A DNA stretch of 64,000 bases from an uncultured bacterium. GTDB taxonomy: Bacteria > Desulfobacterota_D > UBA1144 > Nemesobacterales > UBA2774. Both the position numbers and the translations under genes were made by a program. The notes under the pieces were generated by a model, which saw only the letters and a list, made by a program, of their open reading frames with translations, searched no databases and had not been told where the DNA came from. Shown here piece after piece: positions 28,363 to 40,268 of the stretch. Position 1 is the first letter of the stretch. Every line of letters starts with the position of its first letter. Where the stretch lies: NCBI GenBank assembly GCA_963825135.1, contig CAWGRW010000009.1, positions 1,280,001-1,344,000 of the forward strand, read 5' to 3'.

Positions 28363-30102
28363 ATGGATACGGTAAGGTTGGGCCTGGCTCAGATAAATGT
28401 GCGTGTCGGCGATGTGGACGGGAATCTCAGCAAGATACTCGGATACATTAAAAAAGCCCGCGCCCTGGGCGTGGATATATTATGCTTCCCGGAGCTTTCG
28501 GTCACCGGCTACCCGCCCGAGGACCTTCTGCTCAAACCGCGGTTCATTAGCGACAACCTGAAGGCGGTTGATAAGGTGAGAAGGGCTACGGATGGTATGA
28601 CGGTGGTCCTGGGTTTTGCCGACCGCGGTGAGGATATCTATAACGCGGCCGCCATCCTCCACGATAAAACGCTTGTGGATATATACCGCAAGCACTACCT
28701 GCCCAACTACGGGGTTTTCGATGAGAACAGGTACTTTCAATCTGGACTCCGGGCGCCTGTGTACAGACTCGGGGACGTGCTCTTCGGAGTGAACATCTGT
28801 GAGGATATCTGGTATCCCGGAGATCCCACGAGAACTCAATCCATACTCGGAGGGGCGCAGATAATTATCAATATTTCCTCCTCCCCGTATTATTCCTCCA
28901 AGGTCAAGGCGCGGGAGCAGATGCTCGTTACGAGAGCGAAGGACTACTCCGCGGTCGTTGCCTATTGCAACCTCGTCGGCGGGCAGGACGAGCTCGTATT
29001 CGACGGTCACAGCGTAATCATAGGAGAGCGCGGCGAGATCCTGGCAAGGGCGAAAGGGTTCGAGGAAGACCTCCTCGTCTCCGACATCAATATCGAACGC
29101 GTGTTCAGGTCACGCATGCACGACCCCCGGAGAAGGAAAGAACAGCTTACGATGAAAGCGCACTCTAATAGCGCGGAGCTGATTGTAATAGATACAAAAA
29201 AGGTGAAAGCGCCCTCGAAGCCGGCCGTGAAGACCAGGATAGAAGGGTACTCGTCGGTCGACGAAGAAATTTTCAAGGCCCTTGTCCTCGGCACCAGGGA
29301 CTACGTAACCAAGAACGGATTCAAGAAGGCTGTCATAGGGTTGAGCGGCGGTATCGATTCAGCTTTCGTGACGGTTATCGCTGTCGAGGCCCTCGGCAGG
29401 GAGAATGTCGTCGCCGTGACAATGCCTTCTAAGTACAGCTCTCGGGGGAGTGTCCGGGATTCTGAAAGGTTATCCGGGAATTTGGGTGTCGAGCTTCTTA
29501 ATATACCGATCGGGAAGGCGTTTGACGCTTACGACGGGATGCTCAAGGGGGTATTCGCGGGATCGAAGGAAGACTCGACGGAAGAAAACCTTCAGGCGCG
29601 TATAAGGGGGAACGTCCTTATGGCCCTTTCCAACAAATTCGGATGGCTAGTGCTTACTACCGGGAACAAAAGCGAATTGAGCGTCGGGTACTGTACGATT
29701 TACGGGGACATGGCAGGCGGGTTCGCGGTTATAAAAGACGTGCCCAAGACGATCGTGTACAGCGTTTCCAACTATTACAACTCATGGAAGAAAAAAGAGG
29801 TCATACCGGCCGCGATTCTCTCCAAGCCCCCTTCTGCCGAGCTCCGGCCGGGGCAGCTCGATACGGATACGCTTCCGCCCTATGATATCCTGGACCCCAT
29901 TCTGAAAGCCTATGTGGAGGACGATCTCGGTATCGATGATATCGTATCCCTCGGCTATAGGGATTCCGTGGTACGGAACGTGGCTCGAATGGTGGACCGG
30001 AACGAGTACAAGCGGAGACAAGCGCCCCCCGGTATCAAGATAACGGCGAGGGCCTTCGGAAAAGACCGGAGGTTCCCGATTACCAATTTATACCGGGGAT
30101 AA
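28363..30102 (+). CDS. nadE: Glutamine-dependent NAD+ synthetase
   Basis: Nitrilase-like domain (PELSVTGYPPEDL, LPNYGVFDE, ICEDIW) plus SGGIDS, ENLQARIRG, TGNKSE, PPSAEL. Confidence 0.96.
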   Translation: MDTVRLGLAQINVRVGDVDGNLSKILGYIKKARALGVDILCFPELSVTGYPPEDLLLKPRFISDNLKAVDKVRRATDGMTVVLGFADRGEDIYNAAAILHDKTLVDIYRKHYLPNYGVFDENRYFQSGLRAPVYRLGDVLFGVNICEDIWYPGDPTRTQSILGGAQIIINISSSPYYSSKVKAREQMLVTRAKDYSAVVAYCNLVGGQDELVFDGHSVIIGERGEILARAKGFEEDLLVSDINIERVFRSRMHDPRRRKEQLTMKAHSNSAELIVIDTKKVKAPSKPAVKTRIEGYSSVDEEIFKALVLGTRDYVTKNGFKKAVIGLSGGIDSAFVTVIAVEALGRENVVAVTMPSKYSSRGSVRDSERLSGNLGVELLNIPIGKAFDAYDGMLKGVFAGSKEDSTEENLQARIRGNVLMALSNKFGWLVLTTGNKSELSVGYCTIYGDMAGGFAVIKDVPKTIVYSVSNYYNSWKKKEVIPAAILSKPPSAELRPGQLDTDTLPPYDILDPILKAYVEDDLGIDDIVSLGYRDSVVRNVARMVDRNEYKRRQAPPGIKITARAFGKDRRFPITNLYRG

Positions 30103-30286
30103 CCACAGCACTAAACGTGTCCGGCGGATGCGATTTTCCGCTGTCGAGTTGCCGATTGTCCCGATCGCCTATTGATTTGACTTGTTTTAATTTTCATCTA
30201 ACATTAATCTAGGGTTATTCGGCTGAAATTGTAAGCCAATCGCAGTTATTTTCATATTATATTAGAGCCGCGAGGAAGGTGTTTTG

Positions 30287-33200
30287 ATGAAGCCCGTGGG
30301 TTATCCGAAGAAACAGGGTCTTTATGACCCGCAATTCGAGCACGATTCGTGCGGTATAGGGTTTGTTGTAAACATCAAAGGCATGAAAACCCATACCATA
30401 ATAAAAAATGCTCTGACCATTCTCCGGAACCTTCAGCACAGGGGAGCATGCGGCTGTGAAGCGAACACCGGAGACGGCGCGGGGATTCTGATTCAAACTC
30501 CGCACAGGTTTTTTGAAAAGGCGGCGGGCGAAGCCGGTATTACCCTCCCCCCGCATAAATCTTACGGCACAGGGGCGGTTTTCCTTACTCCGAACGCGTC
30601 CGAGAGAAAGGAGTGCATAAAGGCGTTTGAGAGAATAGTAAAAGAAGAGGGGCAGTCCGTTCTCGGATGGCGGGACATTCCCACTAATAATTCCTCGCTG
30701 GGTCTTACCGCTGTGAAGGGCGAGCCTTATATGAAGCAGGTATTCGTCGCCCGGAGCCCCGACATCACGGACGACATGGCCTTCGAGCGCAAGCTATACA
30801 TAATCAGAAGGCGCGCGGAAAACGAGATCAGGTTTTCCGGCATGCAGGGGGGGGAATACTTCTATATACCGAGCCTCTCCCATAAGACGTTCGTCTACAA
30901 GGGGATGCTCACCACCTGGCAGCTGCAGGAATATTATCCCGATTTAAGCGACGAGGACATGGAATCGGCAATAGCCCTCGTCCACTCCCGTTTCAGCACC
31001 AACACGTTCCCCAGCTGGGACCGCGCCCATCCCTATCGCTATATCATCCATAACGGAGAGATAAACACCCTTAGAGGGAACATTAACTGGATGCACGCCC
31101 GCGAGGCCGTGCTTTCCACCGATTTGTTCGGAGACGAGATAGAAAAGATATTCCCGATCATACAGCCCGACGGCAGCGACTCCGCAAATTTCGATAACTG
31201 CGTCGAGTTCCTTACATTAGCGGGACGCCCGATCGAGCACTCGATCATGATGATGATTCCCGAGCCGTGGTCGAACCACGAGACAATGAGTGACGAGAAG
31301 AAGGCGTTTTACGAGTACCACAGCTGCCTCATGGAGCCCTGGGACGGGCCTGCGTCGATCGCGTTTACGGACGGGTTCAAAGTGGGGGCCGTTCTCGACA
31401 GGAACGGGCTCCGGCCTTCGCGTTATTACGTGACGAAAGACGACACGGTAATTATGGGTTCGGAAGTCGGGGTACTGGACGTTCCTGCGGATATGATTTT
31501 GCGGAAAGGGAGGCTTCAGCCCGGCAGGATGTTCCTTATCGATACCGTCGAAGGGCGCATCGTCGGCGATGACGAGATCAAGAACACGCTGGCGAAGGAA
31601 AAGCCTTACCGGGAGTGGCTCAATCAGAACCTCGTCAGCCTGTCGGATATCCCGCTATCGGAGGATATTCGGGATGACAAGAAATTCACCCACGAGGACA
31701 TGATTCGGAGGCAGAGGGTGTTCGGCTACACGTTCGAGGACCTGAGGATAATTATCGCGCCGATGGCCGAGAACGGCGTGGAGCCCGTAGGGTCCATGGG
31801 GAAGGATACCCCGGTGGCCGTTCTGTCGAGCAAGCCGCGGCTCCTCTTCGAGTACTTTAAACAGCTATTCGCTCAGGTAACCAACCCTCCGATCGACGCT
31901 ATTCGCGAGGAGCTGGTTACCGCGACCGAAGTGACCATAGGTCCCGAACGCAACATACTGGACCCTAGGCCCGAGAACTGCCGCCTTATCAAGCTCGACA
32001 GCCCTATACTTACGAACGAGCAGCTCGAACGCATAAGAGGGCTCGACAACAGTACGTTTAAGTCTGTAACGCTTCCCATACTATTCAATATATCGGAGGG
32101 CAGCGACGGGCTTGAGGACGCGTTAAAGCACCTGTTCACGAAGGCCGACAGGGCGATTGAGGAAGGGGCCAACCTTTTAATACTGTCTGACAGGGGTTTT
32201 GACAGGGAGCGCGCGCCCATACCGTCGCTGCTCGCGTCTTCGGGGCTTCATCACCATTTGATAAGAAACGGCAACAGGCTGAAAGTCGGCCTCATACTCG
32301 AGTCGGGCGAGCCCCGCGAAGTTCACCATTTCGCACTCCTGATAAGTTACGGAGTAAGCGCGGTCAATCCTTACCTCGCTTATGAAGTCGTAGAGGACAT
32401 GATAGAGCAGGGCCTCCTGAAGGGCGTCGACAAAAAGAGCGCATTGAAGAACTATAGAAAGAGCGTCGTGAAGGGCGTCGTGAAAACGATGTCGAAGATC
32501 GGCATATCCGCCGTTCAGAGCTATCACGGCGCACAAATCTTCGAGGCCATAGGCCTCAACCACGAGTTCGTGGATAAATACTTCACATGGACCCCGACCA
32601 GGATCAAGGGTGCGGGAATTGAAATAATTACGGACGAGATCGGGATGAGGCACGGTAAGGCCTTTCCCGAGCGCGACGTTGAGCCCGAGACGCTCGACGT
32701 AGGCGGCATTTACCAGTGGCGCCCTGACGGGGAGCACCACGCGTTTAATCCGCGGACTGTGCACCTGCTTCAGAACGCCTGCCGCACGGGCAGCTATGAG
32801 AACTTCAAGAAGTTCTCGGGCCTGGTCAACGACCAGTCAAAACAGCTCCACACATTGAGAGGGCTCCTCGACATCAAATTCGAGTCCGATCCGATAGATA
32901 TAGACGAAGTGGAATCAGTGGAATCGATATGCAGGCGTTTCAAGACCGGCGCGATGTCCTACGGCGCGATAAGCCTCGAGGCGCACGAGAACCTCGCCAT
33001 CGCCATGAACAGGATAGGCGGAAAGAGCAATACCGGCGAGGGAGGGGAAGACCCGGTACGTTATATCCCCGATCCGAACGGCGATTCGAGAAAGAGCGCG
33101 ATCAAGCAGGTCGCTTCAGGAAGGTTCGGGGTAACTAGCGAATTTCTCGTTACAGCAAGCGAGATTCAGATAAAGATAGCTCAGGGGGCGAAGCCGGGCG

Positions 33201-34891
33201 AGGGCGGTCAGCTTCCGGGGAAGAAGGTGTATCCCTGGATAGCCAAGGTGAGGCTTTCCACGCCGGGTGTCGGACTCATATCCCCGCCGCCCCATCACGA
33301 CATCTATTCTATCGAGGACCTGGCGGAGCTCATACACGATTTAAAAAATGCGAACCAGAGGGCGCGGATCAACGTCAAACTGGTATCCGAAGTAGGCGTC
33401 GGCACTATCGCCGCCGGTGTGGCGAAGGGGCATGCGGACGTGATTCTCGTAAGCGGATACGACGGCGGCACGGGGGCGTCGCCCCAGTCGAGCATTCAGC
33501 ACGCGGGTCTGCCGTGGGAGCTCGGACTCGCCGAGACCCATCAGACGCTCCTCGTCAATAACCTGAGAAGCAGGGTCGTCATTGAAACGGACGGCCAGAT
33601 GAAAACCGGGCGCGATGTGGTTATCGCGGCTCTCCTCGGAGCGGAGGAATTCGGTTTCTCGACCGCCCCGCTTGTTGTGCTCGGATGTATTATGATGAGG
33701 GTTTGTCATCTCGACACCTGTCCCGTGGGGGTAGCTACGCAGAATCCGGAGCTGCGTAAAAAATTTGCCGGAGACCCCGCGCACGTCGTAAATTTCATGC
33801 GTTTCATAGCGGAGGAAGTAAGGGAGCTCATGGCGCAGCTCGGGTTCCGGACGGTCGACGAAATGATTGGAAGGACCGAGAAGCTCGAGATGAGGAAGGC
33901 CATAGACCACTGGAAAGCAAAGGGCGTCGACCTGTCGGAAGTCCTCTTTCAGCCCGACGTGCCGTCCGACTGGGGAAGGTACTGTCAGATCGAGCAGGAC
34001 CACGGGCTTAGAGAAGCCCTCGACAACAAGGTGTTACTCGAGATCTGTAAGCCGACACTCGAATCGGGCACGCCGGTCGAGGCGATTTTACCTATCAGGA
34101 ACGTAAACAGGACCGTAGGCACCATACTCGGGAGCGAGCTCACGCGTCGTTACGGCCCCGAGGGGCTTCCCCCGGACACCGTCAGGCTTCACTTCAACGG
34201 TTCGGCGGGTCAAAGCTTCGGAGCCTTTGTTCCGAAGTCCATGACGCTCATACTCGAAGGGGATTCGAACGATTATATCGGAAAAGGACTTTCCGGGGGC
34301 AAGATAATAGTCTATCCGCCCAAGGGATCGACATTCAAACCCGAGGAAAACATAATAATCGGCAACGTCGCATTCTACGGCTCGACCGGGGGGGAGGCTT
34401 ACGTCAGGGGCATGGCCGGGGAGCGTTTCTGTGTCAGGAACAGCGGGGTTCACGCCGTGGTGGAGGGAGTCGGCGATCACGCATGCGAATACATGACCGG
34501 CGGCCGTGTTCTCGTCCTCGGCTCAACCGGCAGGAATTTCGCGGCCGGTATGTCGGGCGGGGTGGCCTACGTGCTCGACGAGACGGGAGACTTCCCGGTA
34601 AGGTGCAATAAAGAGATGGTCAGCCTCGAAACAATCGATGAAGAGGATATCGAGGAAATAAAAGGCATGATAAAGCGCCATGTCGAATACACCCATAGCG
34701 AGAGGGGCAGGGACATACTTGCTCGCTGGGCAAATTTATCGGAGAAATTCGTCAAAGTCATGCCCAAGGATTACAAGAGAATGCTCGAAGCGATAAAGAA
34801 AGTCCAGAAAACCGGCCTGAGCGGGGATGAGGCTCTTATGGCGGCATTTGAAGAAAATAAAAGAGACCTGGCCCGTGTAAGCGGCAATTAA
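30287..34891 (+). CDS. gltB: Glutamate synthase large subunit
   Basis: [54 protein letters not shown] domain. Confidence 0.98.
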   Translation: MKPVGYPKKQGLYDPQFEHDSCGIGFVVNIKGMKTHTIIKNALTILRNLQHRGACGCEANTGDGAGILIQTPHRFFEKAAGEAGITLPPHKSYGTGAVFLTPNASERKECIKAFERIVKEEGQSVLGWRDIPTNNSSLGLTAVKGEPYMKQVFVARSPDITDDMAFERKLYIIRRRAENEIRFSGMQGGEYFYIPSLSHKTFVYKGMLTTWQLQEYYPDLSDEDMESAIALVHSRFSTNTFPSWDRAHPYRYIIHNGEINTLRGNINWMHAREAVLSTDLFGDEIEKIFPIIQPDGSDSANFDNCVEFLTLAGRPIEHSIMMMIPEPWSNHETMSDEKKAFYEYHSCLMEPWDGPASIAFTDGFKVGAVLDRNGLRPSRYYVTKDDTVIMGSEVGVLDVPADMILRKGRLQPGRMFLIDTVEGRIVGDDEIKNTLAKEKPYREWLNQNLVSLSDIPLSEDIRDDKKFTHEDMIRRQRVFGYTFEDLRIIIAPMAENGVEPVGSMGKDTPVAVLSSKPRLLFEYFKQLFAQVTNPPIDAIREELVTATEVTIGPERNILDPRPENCRLIKLDSPILTNEQLERIRGLDNSTFKSVTLPILFNISEGSDGLEDALKHLFTKADRAIEEGANLLILSDRGFDRERAPIPSLLASSGLHHHLIRNGNRLKVGLILESGEPREVHHFALLISYGVSAVNPYLAYEVVEDMIEQGLLKGVDKKSALKNYRKSVVKGVVKTMSKIGISAVQSYHGAQIFEAIGLNHEFVDKYFTWTPTRIKGAGIEIITDEIGMRHGKAFPERDVEPETLDVGGIYQWRPDGEHHAFNPRTVHLLQNACRTGSYENFKKFSGLVNDQSKQLHTLRGLLDIKFESDPIDIDEVESVESICRRFKTGAMSYGAISLEAHENLAIAMNRIGGKSNTGEGGEDPVRYIPDPNGDSRKSAIKQVASGRFGVTSEFLVTASEIQIKIAQGAKPGEGGQLPGKKVYPWIAKVRLSTPGVGLISPPPHHDIYSIEDLAELIHDLKNANQRARINVKLVSEVGVGTIAAGVAKGHADVILVSGYDGGTGASPQSSIQHAGLPWELGLAETHQTLLVNNLRSRVVIETDGQMKTGRDVVIAALLGAEEFGFSTAPLVVLGCIMMRVCHLDTCPVGVATQNPELRKKFAGDPAHVVNFMRFIAEEVRELMAQLGFRTVDEMIGRTEKLEMRKAIDHWKAKGVDLSEVLFQPDVPSDWGRYCQIEQDHGLREALDNKVLLEICKPTLESGTPVEAILPIRNVNRTVGTILGSELTRRYGPEGLPPDTVRLHFNGSAGQSFGAFVPKSMTLILEGDSNDYIGKGLSGGKIIVYPPKGSTFKPEENIIIGNVAFYGSTGGEAYVRGMAGERFCVRNSGVHAVVEGVGDHACEYMTGGRVLVLGSTGRNFAAGMSGGVAYVLDETGDFPVRCNKEMVSLETIDEEDIEEIKGMIKRHVEYTHSERGRDILARWANLSEKFVKVMPKDYKRMLEAIKKVQKTGLSGDEALMAAFEENKRDLARVSGN

Positions 34892-34959
34892 TTCTCTCCG
34901 ATTCTCGAACAACTCTATATCCGGTATAATCGTATCGAATTTAAGCTGGAGGAACTTTA

Positions 34960-36444
34960 ATGGGTGACCCCACAGGTTTTATGGAGCACGACAGAGAGCT
35001 TGAGCCCGATCGTTCGCCCGGAGAGCGCATTAAGGACTGGAAAGAATTTCATGAACACCTCCCGGAGTCAAAGCTCAAGGTCCAGGGGTCGAGATGCATG
35101 GACTGCGGTATCCCGTTCTGTCAGACCGGAGTTCTGATAAACGGATTAACCGCCGGCTGTCCGGTCAATAACCTCATACCCGAATGGAACGACCTTGTTT
35201 ACAGGGGGCTCTGGAAAGAAGCGCTCGAACGTCTCCATAAAACGAATAATTTCCCCGAATTCACCGGAAGGATATGCCCCGCGCCGTGCGAGGGGTCGTG
35301 CGTTCTCGGTATAAACGAGACCCCTGTTACGATCAAGACGATAGAGTGCACGATAATAGACAAGGGGTTTGAAGAGGGGTGGGTCGTCCCCGAGATTCCG
35401 GAAACCAGGACCGGAAAAAAGGTCGCGGTCGTGGGGTCAGGGCCCGCGGGACTCGCCTGCGCCGCACAGTTAAACAAGGCGGGTCATCTGGTCACGGTCT
35501 ACGAGAGGGACGACAGGATAGGCGGGCTCCTCATGTACGGCATTCCCAACCCTCACCTCGATAAGCGAGTGGTGGAGAGGAGGGTCAGGCTCTTGTCGGA
35601 AGAAGGGGTCAGGTTCGTCACGGGTACGGAGATAGGCAGGGACTATCCGGCCGAGAACCTGCTTAAGGAATATAATGCGGTCGTCATTTGCACCGGCGCT
35701 ACGAAGCCCCGCGACCTCCCGGTCGAGGGCAGGGATCTGCGCGGCATACATTTCGCCATGGAATTCCTAAGGGCCAATACGAAAAGCCTCCTCGACAGCA
35801 ATCTCAAAGACAAAAACTTCATATCCGCGAAGGGTAAAGACGTTATAGTGCTCGGCGGAGGCGATACGGGGACCGACTGCGTAGCCACCTCCATGCGCCA
35901 TGGGTGCAGGAGCCTGCTGCAGTTCGAGATATTGCAGAAACCCCCGTTTGAGCGCGCTTCGGACAACCCCTGGCCCCAGTGGCCGAAGGTCTACACGCTG
36001 AGCTACGGTCAGGAGGAAGCATTAGCCGTATTCGGAGAGGACCCGAGGAGATACCAGGTCCTGACGACGAAGTTCTCGGGGGATAAGAAGGGGAATGTTA
36101 AGGAGCTCCATACCATACAGATAGAGTGGCAGACGGGTCAAAACGGCCGTGCGTCTTTCCGGGAGATACCGGGCACGGAAAGAGTGTGGCCGGCACAGCT
36201 AGTGCTGCTCGCGCTCGGTTTTTTGGGGCCGGAAGCCCCGCTTCTCGATCAGCTGAAGATAGAGCGCGACGAGCGCTCGAATGCCAGGGCGGAGTACGGC
36301 AAGTACAAAACCAATATCGAAGGCGTATTCGCGGCCGGAGACGCGAGACGGGGGCAGAGCCTCGTAGTATGGGCGATCAACGAAGGTCGGCAGGCCGCCC
36401 GGGAGTGTGACCGGTATCTTATGGGCTATACAAACCTTCCCTGA
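34960..36444 (+). CDS. gltD: Glutamate synthase small subunit
   Basis: [47 protein letters not shown]. Confidence 0.97.
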   Translation: MGDPTGFMEHDRELEPDRSPGERIKDWKEFHEHLPESKLKVQGSRCMDCGIPFCQTGVLINGLTAGCPVNNLIPEWNDLVYRGLWKEALERLHKTNNFPEFTGRICPAPCEGSCVLGINETPVTIKTIECTIIDKGFEEGWVVPEIPETRTGKKVAVVGSGPAGLACAAQLNKAGHLVTVYERDDRIGGLLMYGIPNPHLDKRVVERRVRLLSEEGVRFVTGTEIGRDYPAENLLKEYNAVVICTGATKPRDLPVEGRDLRGIHFAMEFLRANTKSLLDSNLKDKNFISAKGKDVIVLGGGDTGTDCVATSMRHGCRSLLQFEILQKPPFERASDNPWPQWPKVYTLSYGQEEALAVFGEDPRRYQVLTTKFSGDKKGNVKELHTIQIEWQTGQNGRASFREIPGTERVWPAQLVLLALGFLGPEAPLLDQLKIERDERSNARAEYGKYKTNIEGVFAAGDARRGQSLVVWAINEGRQAARECDRYLMGYTNLP

Positions 36445-36583
36445 ACAACTTTCGTTACCTTACTTATATCCTCCACTTATATTCTCCGATCGAATTCTAG
36501 CCTGAATTGATACGGTCCGGGTAGGGAGTCGGGAATTAACTCCGCAACCTCGCGGATTCCGTGTACAGCGGAAGGCCGCCGGT

Positions 36584-38059
36584 TTATCCTTTATACCAGG
36601 CGGGTATCTTGTCCCCTATAAATATATTTACGGTTTTCGTTTCGAGATACATATCGAGCCCTTCCGTGCCGAGCTCTTTCCCCACCCCGCTCTGCTTGAA
36701 TCCGCCGTAAGGCGTCTCGGGCACTATGCCTCCGTACGTATTTACCCACAGGTAACCGGCTCTAACTGCTTTTGCTACCCTGAGAGCTTTTTTGATGTCC
36801 CGCGACCAGATACCTCCGGCAAGTCCGTAAACGGAATCGTTTGCGATCCTGACCGCTTCTTCTTCCGTTTTAAACGGAATTACGGCCACAATCGGACCGA
36901 AAATTTCCTCGCACGCGACGGTCGAATCGGGCTCCACGTCCGCAAGCACGGTCGGTTCGAAAAAATACCCCTTCTTTAATTCCTTGGGGCGCCCTCCGCC
37001 GTGGAGCGCCTGCCCTCCTTCATTTATCCCCTTCTCGAAATACGACGTCACCTTGTCGAAATGCTCTTTTGAGATCAGGGAGCCAAGCTCGGTGTCCTCT
37101 CTTATCGGGTCTCCCTGCCTTATCTTCTTTACCCTGTCTATAAAGGGCGGAAGGAATTTATCGTATATGTTTTCGTGCAGCAGGAGCCTTGTTATTGCGG
37201 TGCAGTTCTCCCCCTGATTAAAAAACCCTCCCCTCAGAGCGGCTTCGATAGTGTTCTCTATCTCCGCGTCCTCGAACACTATGCAGGGCGCTTTACCGCC
37301 GAGCTCCAGAGAAACGCGTTTAATGGTTTGCGAGGCCGTTCTCATGACTATCTTTCCGACTTCCGTCGATCCCGTGAACGCCACCTTCGCGACGCCCTGG
37401 TGCTCTACCAGGGATTGTCCGGCTACTTCACCCATGCCGGGCACGACGTTCAATACCCCGTCCGGGAGCCCGGCCTCGGAACAGAGCCTGGCCACTTCGA
37501 GAATCCCGCAAGGGGTGTATTCAGCCGGCTTTAGCACAATCGTGCATCCCGCGACGAGCGCCGGAGCTATTTTCCAAAGGGAGAGAAGCAGGGGGAAATT
37601 CCACGGGATTATCTGCGCCACCACGCCCAACGGCTCTTTAAGCGTAACCGTAAGCTGGTTTTCCGAGACCGAGATGCTCTCCCCGTTGAGCCTCGTGGCC
37701 GCCCCTGAGTAATATTCGAGCGTCTTCACCGCTCCGCCTATCTCCACAATACGGCTTTCCCGTATGGGCTTTCCGGTTTCGAGCGTGTTTGTCAGGGCTA
37801 TCTGTTCTTTATTCTTATCGAGTATATCGGCGATCCTGCGGACAAGCTTTACCCGCTCCGAAACAGGGGTCTTCGACCACTTTTCAAAGGCTTTGCCAGC
37901 CGCCTCCACGGCCGCATTCACATCTTCCTTCTGGGCTTCGGCGATTTCCGCAAACGGTTCTTCTGTCGCCGGATTTTCTCTGACGTACGTCTTGCCGGAG
38001 ACTGAATCAGTTTCGCGGCCGTTTATAAATAATCCGTATTTCCTGATTTCGGTAATCAA
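36584..38059 (-). CDS. Aldehyde dehydrogenase family protein
   Basis: IPWNFP, LKPAE, FTGSTEVG, LELGGK, NQGENC, EEIFGP, PYGGFKQSG; probable TTG start after GGAGG. Confidence 0.93.
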   Translation of the reverse strand: MITEIRKYGLFINGRETDSVSGKTYVRENPATEEPFAEIAEAQKEDVNAAVEAAGKAFEKWSKTPVSERVKLVRRIADILDKNKEQIALTNTLETGKPIRESRIVEIGGAVKTLEYYSGAATRLNGESISVSENQLTVTLKEPLGVVAQIIPWNFPLLLSLWKIAPALVAGCTIVLKPAEYTPCGILEVARLCSEAGLPDGVLNVVPGMGEVAGQSLVEHQGVAKVAFTGSTEVGKIVMRTASQTIKRVSLELGGKAPCIVFEDAEIENTIEAALRGGFFNQGENCTAITRLLLHENIYDKFLPPFIDRVKKIRQGDPIREDTELGSLISKEHFDKVTSYFEKGINEGGQALHGGGRPKELKKGYFFEPTVLADVEPDSTVACEEIFGPIVAVIPFKTEEEAVRIANDSVYGLAGGIWSRDIKKALRVAKAVRAGYLWVNTYGGIVPETPYGGFKQSGVGKELGTEGLDMYLETKTVNIFIGDKIPAWYKG

Positions 38060-38317
38060 AACCCCTACCTCCATTTGCTGCTTTGACAGAATTCTATCCA
38101 ATTTTTTTGATATAAGCCAAAGAAGACGGAATTTAACCGTGTCTGCGAAACAGGAATAAGACTGGAAATAAATTGAGGGTGGAACGAAAGCGGATAACGC
38201 GTTTATCCCGGGTAACCCGTCCGGATTACCCGTTGACAACCCTTCCTCCCCGCTCTCGGGGCAGTGTGTACTTCGAGGCAGGACTATACCGGCCGTCCCG
38301 GCACCGATTCCGTAGTC

Positions 38318-38878
38318 CTATTGCCCGGCCTTTGTTCTTCCCGAGCCGGTCGAGGGCGCAAGCAGGATCTTTAGCAGATCCCGGATCTGATCCCTGCTGA
38401 ACGGTTTCTTGAGCACCGAAATTGGCCCAAGCTCCAGGGCCTGGTTCATGATCTCGCTGTCCGGGTAACCCGTAATAATCACAACGGGCAAGCCGCTTTT
38501 GGCTTTCTTGATTTGTTTCAGGACTTCCACGCCGGTTATATCCGGGAGCACGAGGTCGAGGAATACCAGATCTATATTCGAATCCTCTATCGCTCTCGAC
38601 GCTTCTATGCCGCTTTGCACGGTAATGACGTCGTGTCCTTCCGAGGTGACGATTTTCTTGATATCCATAGCAATCAGTTTCTCGTCATCCACGACCAGCA
38701 CGTTCTTTTTCTTGGGCAGCTGGTCCCAGAGCCATTTATCTATAAGCTCTCTGGTGAACCTCCACTGATTCCCCACTTTGAATGCCGGAATCTTGCCGTC
38801 TTCAAGCAATCTGTAGAGAGTAGGTTTGGCGACTTTGAGGTATTGAGCGGCTTCTTCCAGCGTCAGTACTTGCTCCAT
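38318..38878 (-). CDS. Response regulator: N-terminal excisionase-type HTH (HTH_17) plus receiver domain
   Basis: LTLEEAAQYLKV...TLYRL...IPAFKVG.QWRF; VVDDE, FLDL, ITG, KPF. Confidence 0.88.
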   Translation of the reverse strand: MEQVLTLEEAAQYLKVAKPTLYRLLEDGKIPAFKVGNQWRFTRELIDKWLWDQLPKKKNVLVVDDEKLIAMDIKKIVTSEGHDVITVQSGIEASRAIEDSNIDLVFLDLVLPDITGVEVLKQIKKAKSGLPVVIITGYPDSEIMNQALELGPISVLKKPFSRDQIRDLLKILLAPSTGSGRTKAGQ

Positions 38879-39218
38879 TTATCCGATGCCTCCTGTCTCG
38901 CACTCTCGATTGAGATATTGATGGTATTTTTAGCGTGCACTTTTTCTCTTATTACCGGCTGCGCGTATCCGTCTTACACTTGGTAAGATAAGCCGGACAG
39001 GATTAATCTATTTGAATTTCAAATTCTTATCCGTAACCATCCGCATATTGTATACTATTGATGCGGGAATGTCTGTATTCCTTTAACTTTATACTTCGGT
39101 CCTGGCCTCGTTCAAGCTATAATTATATTACTATTATGGAAATCCGCTAGTAGGTTGACAATAAAAACCCTTCCAGTAATCTAAGGGGAATTCGAAAAAC
39201 CGAGACGGGAGAGGCAGG

Positions 39219-40205
39219 ATTTCTATCCTCGATGTTGTTGCCGAAAAGCTTCTGGTAAATGAGGAGCCCATCAGTTTTGACGAGGCTCTGGCGCTGTACG
39301 AGCTCGATAAGTCTCTCCTTCCCGACCTCATTTCTCTTGCCAGGAAAGTCACATTAAAGTACAAGGGCGACGGCGTTTTTTTAAGGTCCATTATCAGCGC
39401 CCAGACCGGCAACTGCCCTGAAGACTGTTCGTTCTGCTCTCAGTCCGCTCATTACGATACGCAGGTGAACGCGCACCCCCTTATGGCGGCCGAGAAGATA
39501 TTATTGGCGGCTAAACAGTCGGAGAAGCTGGGGGCGATGGATTTCTGTATCGTTATCAGCGCCAGGGGGCCGACGCCGAGGATATTCAAACAGGTACTCG
39601 AAGTCGTGGACATGCTTCGGGCGCAAACGAGCCTCAAGATAGGCTGCTCTCTCGGGGCTCTCCGGGAAGAGCAGGCTTACGAGCTCAAAGAGCACGGCGT
39701 CTGGCGGTACAATCACAATCTTGAGACATGCAGGAGCTATTTCCCCCGCATCTGCACTACCCATACCTACGATGACAGGGTCAGGACGGCGGAACTGGTC
39801 AAGAAAGCTGGCATGCATCTGTGCTCGGGAGGGATACTCGGCATGGGGGAATCGCCGGGACAAAGAATCGAGCTCGCGTTCGAGCTCAGGGCTCTCGGCC
39901 CGAGCTGGGTGCCTATCAATTTCCTGAACCCGAGACCGGGGACCCCGTTTGAAAGCTTTCCCGTGCTCCAGCCGTTCGAGGCCGTGAAAACAATATCGAT
40001 ATTCAGACTGATACTCCCCGATAAAATACTCATGACCGCAGGGGGAAGGGAAGTTACGCTGAGGGATTTGCAGTCAATGGGACTCTTCGCGGGCGCAAAC
40101 GCCATGATTCTGGGAAACTATCTTACCACTCCGGGCAGGTCTCCGGAGGAAGACCTCAGGATGCTCGACGACCTTGAAATGCCGGTCAGAAAGGATGTAA
40201 ACTAA
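39219..40205 (+). CDS. bioB: Biotin synthase (probable ATT start)
   Basis: CPEDCSFC radical SAM motif in frame upstream of the track ORF; YNHNLET, CSGGILGMGE, GGRE, GNYLTT; GGAG 7 nt before ATT 39219. Confidence 0.9.
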   Translation: MSILDVVAEKLLVNEEPISFDEALALYELDKSLLPDLISLARKVTLKYKGDGVFLRSIISAQTGNCPEDCSFCSQSAHYDTQVNAHPLMAAEKILLAAKQSEKLGAMDFCIVISARGPTPRIFKQVLEVVDMLRAQTSLKIGCSLGALREEQAYELKEHGVWRYNHNLETCRSYFPRICTTHTYDDRVRTAELVKKAGMHLCSGGILGMGESPGQRIELAFELRALGPSWVPINFLNPRPGTPFESFPVLQPFEAVKTISIFRLILPDKILMTAGGREVTLRDLQSMGLFAGANAMILGNYLTTPGRSPEEDLRMLDDLEMPVRKDVN

Positions 40206-40268
40206 ACACACGCCCGCCGGTTATTCCCCGCAGATGTCCTGCCCCAAAATCAGCTGCCTAATAAAGAT

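Noticed and set aside
38318..38878. Excisionase-like HTH as evidence of an integrative element
   Set aside because: Fused to a receiver domain; no integrase or att sites seen
39465..40205. bioB as an N-terminally truncated pseudogene
   Set aside because: The frame is open and BioB-like upstream to 39180 and includes the CxxxCxxC motif
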